DNA of 64,000 nucleotides from Longimicrobiaceae bacterium (GCA_036389055.1 DASVQR010000021.1:20750-84749); one strand, 5' to 3'; numbered from the stretch's first letter, positions 27,441 through 36,329 are shown. Numbers and translations: made by a program. Notes: generated by a model not told the origin, from the sequence alone.

Positions 27441-27998
27441 GGAACAGGGTTCGTCCGGTTCACGCGCAGCGTGAAGCGTCACAGCCTGCAACGGCGACGG
27501 CGGGCCCCCTCCCCAAACCCCTCCCCCGCAAGCGGGAGAGGGGCCTTTTCTCGTGCGTGACCCGAGGATGGAGTAGCGTCGGCGGGGAGGGCCCCCACCC
27601 GGCGGCCTGAGAGCCGCCACCCTCCCCCGTGCCGGGGGAGGGCTTCCCGGAGGTCGGCATCGAGCTTGACCGACACACCGTCGTGCTCCCCCTCTCCCCT
27701 TGTGGGAGAGGGGGCCGGGGGGTGAGGGGTAGCCCTTGCGCCGGAGCCCGCCCCACGCCGTGTCGTTCTCCCCTCCCCCTTGCGGGGAGGGGCCGGGGGA
27801 GGGGGTCGCCGTCGCAGTTCCGCTGTACCCCTGAAATCTTCTGCGGAGGGAGACAGCCGGGCAGTTTCGGCTGGCTCGCTCCGGCGGAGGGAGACCCCGC
27901 AGCGTCGGGCGCGGCTGTTTGCGCCCGACCGAGGAGGCTCCCGGAGCCCGCGGAGGAGACCGGACGGCAGTTTCGTCCGGGCTCCGCAGCGGCCCGCC
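27426..27998. repeat. 570-nt composite repeat array: heptamers over the stop codon, GCCTGCAAC box, four GGGAGAGGG-type hairpins, then three family-C hairpin units
   Basis: GGGAACA GGGAATA GGGAACA at 27426-27446 contains the arginase TAG. The modules at 27500-27835 match 11548-11740 and 19007-19165. Positions 27845-27998 are the reverse complement of the 28972-29120 and 33345-33490 type. Confidence 0.8.
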
Positions 27999-28012
27999 TC
28001 AGCGCAAAAAAG

Positions 28013-28888
28013 CTACTTCACCTGGTGCGTGCCCTTGTTCTTGTTGCCTTCCAGCGAGTGCTCCAGGTGCAGGTGCGGCTCGGGCGCACGGCGCAGCTCG
28101 TCCGGCACCTCGTCCCCCACCGGGCCCTTGGCGATGGTGGTGCCGCCGTCCACCAGCCAGAGCGCCCCGGTCACGTAGCTGGCCTCGTCGGAGGCGAGGA
28201 ACGCGTACACGTTGGCCACCTCCTCCGGGGTGCCGCGCCGGGCCAGTGGCGTCGCCTGGATCAGCGTCTTCTCCATCTTCTTGTCCATGGGCCCGGTCTC
28301 CTTGTGCGTCCAGGCCGTGTCGATGGGCCCCGGGCACACGCAGTTGGCGCGCACGCCGTACTTGGCCTGCTCCACCGCCACGCCGCGCATGAAGGCGTGC
28401 ATGAAGCCCTTGGTGCCGCCGTACGGCGAGTTCATCGCCAGCCCGATGAAGCCGGATTCGGAGCCCGCGGAGATGACGTTGCCGCGCGACTTCTGCAGGT
28501 GCGGCAGGGCGTACCTGGTCATCAGGAACGCCGAGCGCAGGTTCATGCGCACGGTGCGGTCGAAGTCCTCCAGCGGGTAGTCCTGCGTCTCGCCGGTCAC
28601 CAGGAACACGCCGGCGTTGTTCACCAGCACGTCCAGCCTGCCGTAGCCCTCCACCGCGGTGCGCACGCAGTCGCGGGCGTTGTCCTCCTCCGCCACGTCC
28701 CCGCCGAACGCCACGGCGGTGCCGCCCCACCCGCGGATCGCCTCCACCACCTCGGCGATGGGGTCGCTGGGCAGCCCGCACACCACCACCGTCGCGCCCT
28801 CCTTGGAGAACTTGTGCGCGATGGCCTCCCCGATCCCCGTCCCGGCCCCCGTCACGATGGCGACCTTTCCGTCCAGCCGTCCGGCCAT
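28013..28888 (-). CDS. SDR family oxidoreductase
   Basis: Start at MAGRLDGKVAIVTGAGTGIGEA. It also has NNAG and YGGTKGF. The upstream part of ORF 28013-29056 lies in repeats and was rejected. Confidence 0.9.
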   Translation of the reverse strand: MAGRLDGKVAIVTGAGTGIGEAIAHKFSKEGATVVVCGLPSDPIAEVVEAIRGWGGTAVAFGGDVAEEDNARDCVRTAVEGYGRLDVLVNNAGVFLVTGETQDYPLEDFDRTVRMNLRSAFLMTRYALPHLQKSRGNVISAGSESGFIGLAMNSPYGGTKGFMHAFMRGVAVEQAKYGVRANCVCPGPIDTAWTHKETGPMDKKMEKTLIQATPLARRGTPEEVANVYAFLASDEASYVTGALWLVDGGTTIAKGPVGDEVPDELRRAPEPHLHLEHSLEGNKNKGTHQVK

Positions 28889-28971
28889 GGCGTCCTCCTC
28901 TGATCCGTGATTCCTCGCTTCCGGAAGCGGCGGGGGTGGCGCAAAGCGTGTACCGGGGTCGTTCGGGGGTG

Positions 28972-29225
28972 CGTCTCCGACTGGCTTCGGCGGGCCGTTC
29001 CGGAGCCCGGCGGTACTGCTGCCGGTCTCCTCCACGGGCTCCGGGAACCCCGCCAAACCGCCGGCGGGTTTCCCTGCGCCGGAGGGAGCCTCGCCAAACT
29101 GCCGGCGAGTCTCCCTCCGAACAGATTCATATGGGTACGACGGAACGACAACGGCACCCTGCCTCGGCAGCGAGGTGGGGCGCCGTTCGCGTACTCCGGT
29201 TTCGGGCTGCGTACGCCGGCGTCCC
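28972..29225. repeat. family-C composite repeat (copy 2)
   Basis: About 250 nt collinear with 33345-33590, including CCGGCGGTACTGCTGCCGG and CTCGCCAAACTGCCGGCGAG hairpins nested in GGAGGGAG/CTCCCTCC outer stems. Confidence 0.8.
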
Positions 29226-29239
29226 GCGGGACCGCTCGG

Positions 29240-29626
29240 TCAGGGACCGACTCGTCGACCGGCGACGAAATCCTGGTATTCGTCCTGGATCAATCCTTCG
29301 TTGACGAAGCGGTCCGGTGAAGCGCCGTACAGCTTCGCGGCCAGGTCGAGAGCTTGCTCCAGGGTGTCGCAGCGGTGCTTCGCCGTGGGATCGTACAGCT
29401 TGTCCGGGTCGTCGTTCAGCGCGGTGAACTCGTAGATGTCACACCCCAGGTGGCCGTCGTCCAGCGCCTCGTGGAGCAGGACCGCGACGCCGCGCCCCTT
29501 GCGCCGCAGTGCCAGCCAGCGGACCGCCGGCCCCTGCTCGTGGAGGAAGCCCCCGAGGAACTGCTCCACCGCGTTGCCTCTCTGCACTGCGCCACGAAGA
29601 AAGTAGTCGGTGAGATAGCGAGCCAT
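29240..29626 (-). CDS. hypothetical protein (128 aa)
   Basis: Tail of ORF 29240-30256 from MARYLTDYFLRG. Its composition is normal and non-repetitive, and its GC is somewhat lower. I recognised no family. Confidence 0.45.
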   Translation of the reverse strand: MARYLTDYFLRGAVQRGNAVEQFLGGFLHEQGPAVRWLALRRKGRGVAVLLHEALDDGHLGCDIYEFTALNDDPDKLYDPTAKHRCDTLEQALDLAAKLYGASPDRFVNEGLIQDEYQDFVAGRRVGP

Positions 29627-29679
29627 CGCTAGGCTCCGTGGGTGAAGGGGAAGGGTCCGCCTGCCCGCGAGGAGGACAC

Positions 29680-29727
29680 GCACTCTTGCACTCTCGCACT
29701 CTCGCACTCTCGCACTCTCGCACTGCC
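29680..29727. repeat. 8-nt micro-tandem array (GCACTCTC x 6)
   Basis: GCACTCTT GCACTCTC GCACTCTC GCACTCTC GCACTCTC GCACTGCC. It lies between the stop of 29731-30282 and the start of 29240-29626, both on the minus strand. Confidence 0.85.
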
Positions 29728-29730
29728 GTC

Positions 29731-30282
29731 CTACATCGCCACGTCGCGCCACCACCGCACCGCGGCGGTCGCGAGCCCGATCGCGGCGCCCGTCCACACC
29801 GCCAGCAGCGCGCCGTAGACGAAGGGGATGCGCTCGGGCGTGGCGCGCTCGCCGCCGGCCAGGCGCAGCAGGCGCTCGGTGGCGAGCACGGCGATGCGCA
29901 GCAGCCACTGGAACAGGGCGCGCGGGGCGAGCAGGACGAGCCGGGCCAGCGCGATGGTGACCAGGCCGAGGCCCATGTAGAGGGGGATGCCCAGCAGCAG
30001 GCGGCGCACGCCGTAGACGGAGGCGCCGAGGAGGAGGAACAGGATCGCGCTGACCGCGGCGCCCATCACCAGCCCGGCGGCGCCCTCCTCCAGGTCGCGG
30101 AAGTAGGGGAGGAGCGGCTCCGGGGTGCCGCGCAGGCGGGCGCGGACCAGGGCGCCGCGCAGGCGGCGCCGGTCCACCATCAGCACGCGGTCGCGGATGC
30201 GGGGCGCCTCCAGCAGCGCCCCCAGGGCCAGAACGAGCAGCGCGGCGCCGAGCCACGCCGCCCAGTCCGGGACCGCGCTCAC
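29731..30282 (-). CDS. hypothetical integral membrane protein
   Basis: 183-aa ORF with at least four hydrophobic helices (WLGAALLVLALGALL, GAAVSAILFLLLGASV, IPLYMGLGLVTIALARLVLL, YGALLAVWTGAAIGLATAAV). Confidence 0.5.
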   Translation of the reverse strand: MSAVPDWAAWLGAALLVLALGALLEAPRIRDRVLMVDRRRLRGALVRARLRGTPEPLLPYFRDLEEGAAGLVMGAAVSAILFLLLGASVYGVRRLLLGIPLYMGLGLVTIALARLVLLAPRALFQWLLRIAVLATERLLRLAGGERATPERIPFVYGALLAVWTGAAIGLATAAVRWWRDVAM

Positions 30283-30298
30283 CCGGAGCCGCGCCGCG

Positions 30299-31264
30299 TC
30301 ACCGCTGCGCCGGGGGGAGCGGCGGCAGCTGCGCGGACGGGTTGTAGTGCCGGAACACCTCGCGCCCGATGCGGCCGATGAGCAGGTGCGCAGGGGCGTC
30401 CACGGCGTAGGTGGTCTCGGCGTTGTCGCGCGTCATCACGCACACCGCCACCGGCGCGTCCGGGCCGTAGATGATCCCGCAGTCGTTGCGGGCGCGGTCC
30501 ACGTCGCCGCTCTTGTGCGCCACGGGCACGTCCTCCGGGAGCCAGCGCACCAGCTTGGAGCCGTCCTGGTTGGCGCGCAGAATCCGCAGCGCCAGCGAGT
30601 CCAGCGCCGGCGACACGGCCCGGCCCTCGTGCAGCAGCGCGAACAGCCGGACCATCTCGTCCGGCACGGCCACGCCCAGTCCGTACTTGACCGACGAGTC
30701 GGGGGCCAGCGAGGTGGCGCGGATGAACGTCTTGGAGTGGATCTTGGTGTGGGGGAGCCCCAGCGAGTCCATCTTCTCCCACACCGTGCGGATGTTGAGC
30801 TTGTCCAGCAGCAGGTTGGTGGCCGTGTTGTCGGACAGCACGATCATCAGCCACGCCGCGTCGCCGAGCGTGAGCGGCAGGCCGGACTCCATGAACTGGA
30901 GCACCCCCGAGCCGCCCACCCGGTCCCGCGCGATCATCCCCATGCGCTCGTCCAGCCGCACGTTGCCGCGGCGGACCTGGTCCAGCAGCGCCACCAGCAC
31001 CGGCACCTTGACCAGCGACGCCGAGGGAAAGGTCTCGCCGCCGCGGATCGAGAGCTGCTCCCCCGTGCGCAGGTTGCGCACGCTGACCCCGGCGGTCCCG
31101 GCGTAGCCCTGCATCACCCCCTCCAGGGTGCGGCGCAGCGCCGCGGTGTCGGACGGGGCGGCGCGGGCGGGTGCGGACGCGGGGCGCGGGGCGGCGGCGC
31201 ACGCACCGGCGGACAGGAGCACCAGCAGCGAGGCGAGCAGGGCGGAGGCGAGGCGTCGGGTCAT
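30299..31264 (-). CDS. class A beta-lactamase-related serine hydrolase
   Basis: 321-aa ORF with a signal peptide, the SxxK motif (PSASLVKV), SDN (VLSDNTATN) and KSG (AHKSGD). Confidence 0.85.
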   Translation of the reverse strand: MTRRLASALLASLLVLLSAGACAAAPRPASAPARAAPSDTAALRRTLEGVMQGYAGTAGVSVRNLRTGEQLSIRGGETFPSASLVKVPVLVALLDQVRRGNVRLDERMGMIARDRVGGSGVLQFMESGLPLTLGDAAWLMIVLSDNTATNLLLDKLNIRTVWEKMDSLGLPHTKIHSKTFIRATSLAPDSSVKYGLGVAVPDEMVRLFALLHEGRAVSPALDSLALRILRANQDGSKLVRWLPEDVPVAHKSGDVDRARNDCGIIYGPDAPVAVCVMTRDNAETTYAVDAPAHLLIGRIGREVFRHYNPSAQLPPLPPAQR

Positions 31265-31508
31265 CGGTCGGGTGGGCGGAAGCGGTCAGGGGAAACTGCG
31301 CGAAAATCGCAAACGACTGCGGTGAAACGCACTGCGGGCCCGCGGACCCGCGGCGGCGGACGGGCGGGTTGCGGGGCGCTCCGGCCGGGCGTATGATGCC
31401 CGCACTCGCTCCAACCCCCGCAGGACCTCTCGCGCGGCGCCCCCGGCCTTCCTCCGGCCTCCACGCGCAGCACCGGCGCCGCTCTCCGTCCCCCGCACGT
31501 CCCGGCCC

Positions 31509-32048
31509 TTGATCCCTTCCAGGAACCGGCTCCTCGCGGCGCTCTTCTGCGCCTCCGTCCTCGCGGCGCCCGGCCGGTCCGCCGCGCAGCAGCCCGCCGC
31601 GGCCGCAACCGCCTCCCGCGCCGCGCCCGCCGCCGACAGCGGCTCCGTGGTGGCGCTGGCCCGCGCCCAGCTGGGGCGCCGCTACCTGTTCGGCGGCACG
31701 GACCCGGAGCGCGGCTTCGACTGCAGCGGGTTCACCCGCTACCTGATGCGCGCCCTGAACGTCCAGCTCCCCCGCACGGCCAGCGAGCAGGCCGCCGCCG
31801 GCCGCGAGGTGCCGCGCGACCCGGCCCGGCTGCGCGTGGGCGACCTGCTCACCTTCGGCAGGGGCGGCCGCATCACGCACGTGGGCGTGTACGTGGGCGG
31901 CGGGCGCTACATCCACGCCAGCAGCTACGCCGGGCGTATCGTGGAGAGCCGGCTGGACCGCCGCGAGTCGTCGCTGGTCCGCGCCTGGATGGGCGTCCGC
32001 CGCCTGGTCGCCGAGGGCGACAGCGCCGCCGCCCTGGCCGCCCGCTAG
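31509..32048 (+). CDS. C40 family (NlpC/P60) peptidase
   Basis: 179-aa ORF with a TTG start in the track. It has a signal peptide, FDCSGFTRYL (catalytic Cys) and ITHVGVYVGGGRYIHAS (His). Confidence 0.85.
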   Translation: MIPSRNRLLAALFCASVLAAPGRSAAQQPAAAATASRAAPAADSGSVVALARAQLGRRYLFGGTDPERGFDCSGFTRYLMRALNVQLPRTASEQAAAGREVPRDPARLRVGDLLTFGRGGRITHVGVYVGGGRYIHASSYAGRIVESRLDRRESSLVRAWMGVRRLVAEGDSAAALAAR

Positions 32049-33310
32049 TCCTCTCCCCCGCCCTTGCGCACCGGCCGCGGCCGCCGCGCCGTCTCCCCCG
32101 CACCGCCGGCCGCCGGCGGCGCGCCCGGGACGCGGATGGCTCCGTCCGGGTCCACCCGCGCCCCCGTCGCCGGGAAGTCCAGCCGCGACAGCGAGTCCGT
32201 GAGCGCCGCCGCGCGCGCCGCGGGGTCCGCGCGCAGCAGCCCCGGGGGTACCTGCCGCGTGGAGCGCAGCTGCGCCTCCACCACCCGCCCCGTGGAGTCC
32301 AGGACGGCGCAGGCCACCGCCCCGCGGTTCAGCGGCTCGCCCAGGTTGAAGGGCCCGTAGGTGAGCAGGTTCCCCAGCGAGTACAGCACCAGCGTCTGTC
32401 CCCGCCACTCCGCCGCGCGCATCACGTGCGGCCCGTGCCCCACCACCAGGTCCGCCCCCGCGTCGGCCGCCGCCCGCGCGAACGCCACCGGGTTGCCGCG
32501 GTTCTCCCCGTAAAAGGTCTCGCGCGCGTCCGGCGTGCGCTGCGCGGCGCGCCCCTCGGCGCCCATGTGCACCGTCACCACCACGCGCGGCCAGCGCTCC
32601 GCAGCGCGCCCCACGATGCGGCGCACCGCGGCGAGGTCGCGCGCGTCCGGCCCGATCCACACGCTGAAGCCCAGGAACGCCACCGTGTCCCCCCGCGCCG
32701 TGGCGACCAGAGTGGGGACGCTGTCCGCCCCCGTGACCTTCACCCCCGCCTCCTCCAGCCGGCGCGCGGTCTCGCGCCACCCGGGCCGGCCGGCGTCGCC
32801 CGCGTGGTTGTTGGCCACGTTCCCCACCACCGCCGCGCTGTCCGCGTCCACCACGCGCCGCAGCGCGGGCGCGGTGCCCGGCGGCATGCGGAAGGCGAAG
32901 CAGGCCGTGGAGCCCGGGGCGCACTTCCGCCGCGCCGGCACGCCCTCGCCGATGGCGCCCTCCACGTTGAGCAGCACCACGTCCGCGTCGGCCACCAGCG
33001 GGCGCAGCGGGGCGAGCAGCGAGTCGGGGTCCGGGAAGGGGTCCACGCGCATCCCGTACTTTCTCGACGCCGACTGCGCCCAGCTCGGGTCCAGGTTGGT
33101 CCCCATCGTCACGTCGCCGCCCGCGCACACCCGCACCGTGTTCCTGTTGCTCGTGGTGTCCGGGCGCAGGGTGTCGCGGGCGATCGGGTCCTGGGATCTC
33201 GCGTGCGCAGCCGTGGTCGCGAGCGCGAGGAGCGCCAGGGTGCCGCGGAGCAGGGGTTTCAGCACGGGGTCGGGCGGATTCGGGTTCGCTGGGGTCTTCC
33301 GGGGCACCAA
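32045..33310 (-). CDS. CapA family (PGA_cap metallophosphatase-like) protein
   Basis: 421-aa ORF with VCAGGDVTMG, LNVEGAI, VANNHAGDAG, VTVHMGAEG, GHGPHV and LYSLGNL. The exact start (TTG 33310 or GTG 33307) is uncertain. Confidence 0.8.
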   Translation of the reverse strand: MVPRKTPANPNPPDPVLKPLLRGTLALLALATTAAHARSQDPIARDTLRPDTTSNRNTVRVCAGGDVTMGTNLDPSWAQSASRKYGMRVDPFPDPDSLLAPLRPLVADADVVLLNVEGAIGEGVPARRKCAPGSTACFAFRMPPGTAPALRRVVDADSAAVVGNVANNHAGDAGRPGWRETARRLEEAGVKVTGADSVPTLVATARGDTVAFLGFSVWIGPDARDLAAVRRIVGRAAERWPRVVVTVHMGAEGRAAQRTPDARETFYGENRGNPVAFARAAADAGADLVVGHGPHVMRAAEWRGQTLVLYSLGNLLTYGPFNLGEPLNRGAVACAVLDSTGRVVEAQLRSTRQVPPGLLRADPAARAAALTDSLSRLDFPATGARVDPDGAIRVPGAPPAAGGAGETARRPRPVRKGGGED

Positions 33311-33344
33311 TATACGGGCTCTTGCCCGGTCGCGCTTCGTCGGG

Positions 33345-33582
33345 CTCTGGCGGGCCGCTACGGAGCCCGGACGGTACTGCTGTCCGGTCTCCTCCGCGGG
33401 CTCCGGGAGCCAGCCGAAACGGCCCGGCTGTCTCCCTGCGCCGGAGTGAGCCTCGCCAAACTGCCGGCGAGTCTCCCTCCGAACGGACGCATGTGGATAC
33501 CGCGGAACCGCAACGGCGCCCGCGCCTCAGCATCGAGGTGGGGGCGCCGGTCACGTACTGCGTACTTCGTACTCCGTACTGC
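33345..33582. repeat. family-C composite repeat (copy 3) ending in a 7-nt tandem tract (CGTACTN x 4)
   Basis: Collinear with 28972-29225 and showing compensatory stem changes, for example CCGGACGGTACTGCTGTCCGG here against CCGGCGGTACTGCTGCCGG there. The CGTACTG CGTACTT CGTACTC CGTACTG tract lies at 33554-33582. Confidence 0.8.
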
Positions 33583-33585
33583 CGT

Positions 33586-34017
33586 TCACTTCGCCTCCGC
33601 CGGCAGCCGCTCGCGGATCAGGCCGTTGATCCTGGCGGCCTCCCCGGTCGTGTAGCCCTCCAGCGCCAGGTGCAGGGCCGGGCCGCCGTCGCGCGGGTGG
33701 AGCACCCAGCGGTCGCCGCCGGCGAAGGTGTGGCGCGCGTCGGCGATCTCCCCCCAGGGCAGGGTCTGCGCGCCGTGGCGGCTGCTCACGGTGAGCGCCT
33801 CGTCGGTGATCTCCACCGCCTGCAGGCCGCGCAGGCGGGTGCGGAGCGCGTACAGCGCGCAGGCGGCGGCGCCCACCACCAGCGCGGCCCACAGCGAATC
33901 GGGGCGCTGCATGCCGCGGAAGCTGGCCACCACGTAGGTGAGCACGGCCGCGGCGACGCCGACGGCCAGGGTCTCCGCGGCGTTGCCGGCGCGCGGGACG
34001 AAGCGGTGCACGCTCAT
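33586..34017 (-). CDS. hypothetical membrane protein with a PH-like C-terminal region
   Basis: Start at MSVHRFVPRAG, with GAGG upstream. Two TM helices are followed by a soluble domain. The PH-like assignment is tentative. Confidence 0.45.
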   Translation of the reverse strand: MSVHRFVPRAGNAAETLAVGVAAAVLTYVVASFRGMQRPDSLWAALVVGAAACALYALRTRLRGLQAVEITDEALTVSSRHGAQTLPWGEIADARHTFAGGDRWVLHPRDGGPALHLALEGYTTGEAARINGLIRERLPAEAK

Positions 34018-34129
34018 CGCTGCCTCGGAGGGTGCCGGTGAAGGAGGAGCCACGGGCGGCAAGATAACGCCGGCGCCGGGCGGGGGAAGTCGCCCCCCGC
34101 CCCCGGGCGCGTCCGGGCCGGCCGCGGGC

Positions 34130-34939
34130 TCACGCGCCGGCCAGGCGCGCCACGTAGGCGCGCTCGTCGGGGCCCAGCCAGGGCGGACTGCCGGCCGCGG
34201 CGTTGTCGGCCATGTGGCGCGGGCTGGAGGTGGCGGGGATGGCCACGTGGCAGCGCGGGTCGCTCAGGATCCACTTGAGCAGCGCCTGCGCCCAGCTGTT
34301 CACCCCGAACGGGCGCAGCGGCTCCAGCGCCGCGTCCGCGGGGGCGCGGCGCAGCAGGCCGCCCTCGCCGAAGGGCCGCATCACCACCACGCCCAGCCCC
34401 AGCTCCTCCGCCAGCGGCAGGATGGCGCGCTCCACCTCGCGCTCCAGCGGGTTGTAGGGCACCTGCACGGCGCCGATGCGCCCGGTCTCCATCACCGCGC
34501 GCAGCTCGCCGAAGGCGGAGGCGGCGTAGTGCGTCGCCCCGATGGCGGCGACCCGCCCCTCGCCGCGCAGGCGCTCCAGCGTGTCCAGGTGCTCGCGCCA
34601 GCTCACCAGGTTGTGCACCTGGTACAGCTCCACCCGCCCGCCGTACCAGCGCAGCGCCCGCTCCGCCTGGGCGCGCCCCTCCTCCGCGCTGCGGGTCCAC
34701 ACCTTGGTGGCGACCTGCGCGTCGCCGCGCCGCCCCTCCAGCGCGCGGCCCAGCACCCGCTCCGCCTCGCCGTACATGGGCGACGAGTCGAAGAACCCGG
34801 CGCCGCCCTCCAGCGCCGCGTCCACCACGGCGCGGGCGCCCGCCTCCGCGGCCGGGCCGCGCACGTCCAGGGTCTGCCAGGTCCCCATCCCCACCACGGG
34901 CACCACGAGCCCCGTGCTCCCCAGCGTCCGCGTCTCCAT
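34130..34939 (-). CDS. aldo/keto reductase
   Basis: Start at METRTLGSTGLVVPVVGMGTW. It also has FFDSSPMYGEAE, ATKVW, LYQVHN and AIGATHY. Confidence 0.9.
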   Translation of the reverse strand: METRTLGSTGLVVPVVGMGTWQTLDVRGPAAEAGARAVVDAALEGGAGFFDSSPMYGEAERVLGRALEGRRGDAQVATKVWTRSAEEGRAQAERALRWYGGRVELYQVHNLVSWREHLDTLERLRGEGRVAAIGATHYAASAFGELRAVMETGRIGAVQVPYNPLEREVERAILPLAEELGLGVVVMRPFGEGGLLRRAPADAALEPLRPFGVNSWAQALLKWILSDPRCHVAIPATSSPRHMADNAAAGSPPWLGPDERAYVARLAGA

Positions 34940-35078
34940 CCTCGCCCTCCCGGTGTCTCCGCCGCCGCGCTCCCCCTCCGCGTGTCGGGTGGGGACGGCA
35001 GGAGGGGTGCCAGAACGCGTCGGGGCCCCCGGACGTGCTCCGGGGGCCCCGCTCCACGCGCCCGCCGACGGCCGCGGC

Positions 35079-35726
35079 CTAGCGGAACGCCAGCTCCAGC
35101 CCGGCCCGCACGCCGGTGCCGTCCAGCCACACGGTCTGCTCCTCCAGCGAGATCCGCCGGTACACGCGGCCGTCCCGCCACTCGGCGGTGCCCAGCGTCC
35201 GCTCCACGAGGTACCAATTCCGCTCCACGTCCACGGCAAGGCGGACCCGGCCGCCCAGCCGCACGCCCGCCGCGCCCACCAGGTACGGCACGCCGGTGGG
35301 GCGGAGCCAGCCGGCGCCGCCGGACACCACCAAGGGCATCGCGCGCGTCCCGCCGACGCGCAGACGCAGGTCGGCGTTGAGGTGCTCGTCGTCGCCGCGG
35401 AACGGGTACGTGGTGTAGGTGTGGATGCCGTCCGCGGGAGGCGGCGCCGGGTACGGGTCCGCGACCGCGTCCAGGCAGACCACGCCCGTGAACTGGGCCA
35501 TGGCCCCCAGGTGCGCCTCCAGCGCCAGGGCGCCGCGCGCGACGCCGAGCCGGGCCTCGGCCGTGGTGCGGCCGCCGGGCTGGCACTGCTGGAACTGTGT
35601 GGGGATCGACGAGCGCCCCAGGGTGACGCCCGCGTAGGGGACGAACCGGCCGCCTTCCTGCGCGCGTGCCAGGGCGGGCGCGGCGAGGAGGAGGCAGAGC
35701 GGAAGGAGTGCGGCGAGACGTCTCAT
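35079..35726 (-). CDS. hypothetical exported protein, outer-membrane beta-barrel-like
   Basis: Start at MRRLAALLPLCLLLAAPALARAQ (signal). Alternating hydrophobic beta-strand patterns continue to the C-terminal GLELAFR. Confidence 0.5.
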   Translation of the reverse strand: MRRLAALLPLCLLLAAPALARAQEGGRFVPYAGVTLGRSSIPTQFQQCQPGGRTTAEARLGVARGALALEAHLGAMAQFTGVVCLDAVADPYPAPPPADGIHTYTTYPFRGDDEHLNADLRLRVGGTRAMPLVVSGGAGWLRPTGVPYLVGAAGVRLGGRVRLAVDVERNWYLVERTLGTAEWRDGRVYRRISLEEQTVWLDGTGVRAGLELAFR

Positions 35727-36329
35727 GGTCGTGAGCGGCGGAGAGTGGACGCGCCGGGCAGACCGGCCTCGCAGCGGAGTGACGGAGCCGCGATGGCGGC
35801 GGTCACGGGGTGCGTGCGACGAAGTCCGAGAAGATCCCCCCGGACTTCGAGCTTCAACCCGGGTCATTCTCATGGGAGACAGCACTGGCCTGTCTCTGCT
35901 CAACGATTTCCCGGTCGATCAGATGCGTGGACGCGGGCGGGGCCGCCCGGCCCCGCTCGTGAAAAAATGGGTCAACCGAACCATGGGGACGGGGTGGACG
36001 CACCGTATCCTTTACCTCGCGCGGCGGGACGGACACCCCGCGCCACCAGAACGGCCCCCCTTGCAGGAGATGGATCCATGAGCCGAATCATTTCCACCCG
36101 CGCCGGCCGCTTCGCGCTGGCCACCGTGATCGGCCTCGCCATCGGCGCGTACACGGACGAGCCGCTGGCGGCGGACCTCGCGAACGCCTCCGCTCCCGCG
36201 CAGGCGCTGCCGGACGGCGGCGTGGAGCCGCCGGTGGCCGCCCAGCCGGGCATCCAACCGGCGGTGACCCCGGCCGGCGCCTGACGCCGGGCCGGCCGGC
36301 CCCCGCGGCGCGCGGGGTCCGGACGCGCT

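Noticed and set aside
27460-27756. Small ORFs inside the repeat arrays (27460-27756, 27479-27676, 27629-28903 N-terminal part, 11421-11699, 18884-19189, 28936-29304, 33322-34041 N-terminal part).
   Set aside because: Their translations are the read-out of the GGGAGAGGG/CCCTCTCCC and GAGAC hairpin modules in various frames and orientations. The same peptides recur wherever the repeats recur.
29680-29727. Possible CRISPR array (also considered for the hairpin-rich regions at 27.4-28.0 kb and 11.4-11.7 kb).
   Set aside because: The units are 7-8 nt with no spacers, or are heterogeneous hairpin modules. There is no 25-40-nt repeat/spacer periodicity and no cas genes.
36078-36284. 68-aa ORF MSRIISTRAGRFALATVIGLAIGAY... 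with one TM helix.
   Set aside because: It is possible but short, has no RBS that I could see, and has an Ala/Pro-rich tail. The evidence is not strong enough to list it as a feature.
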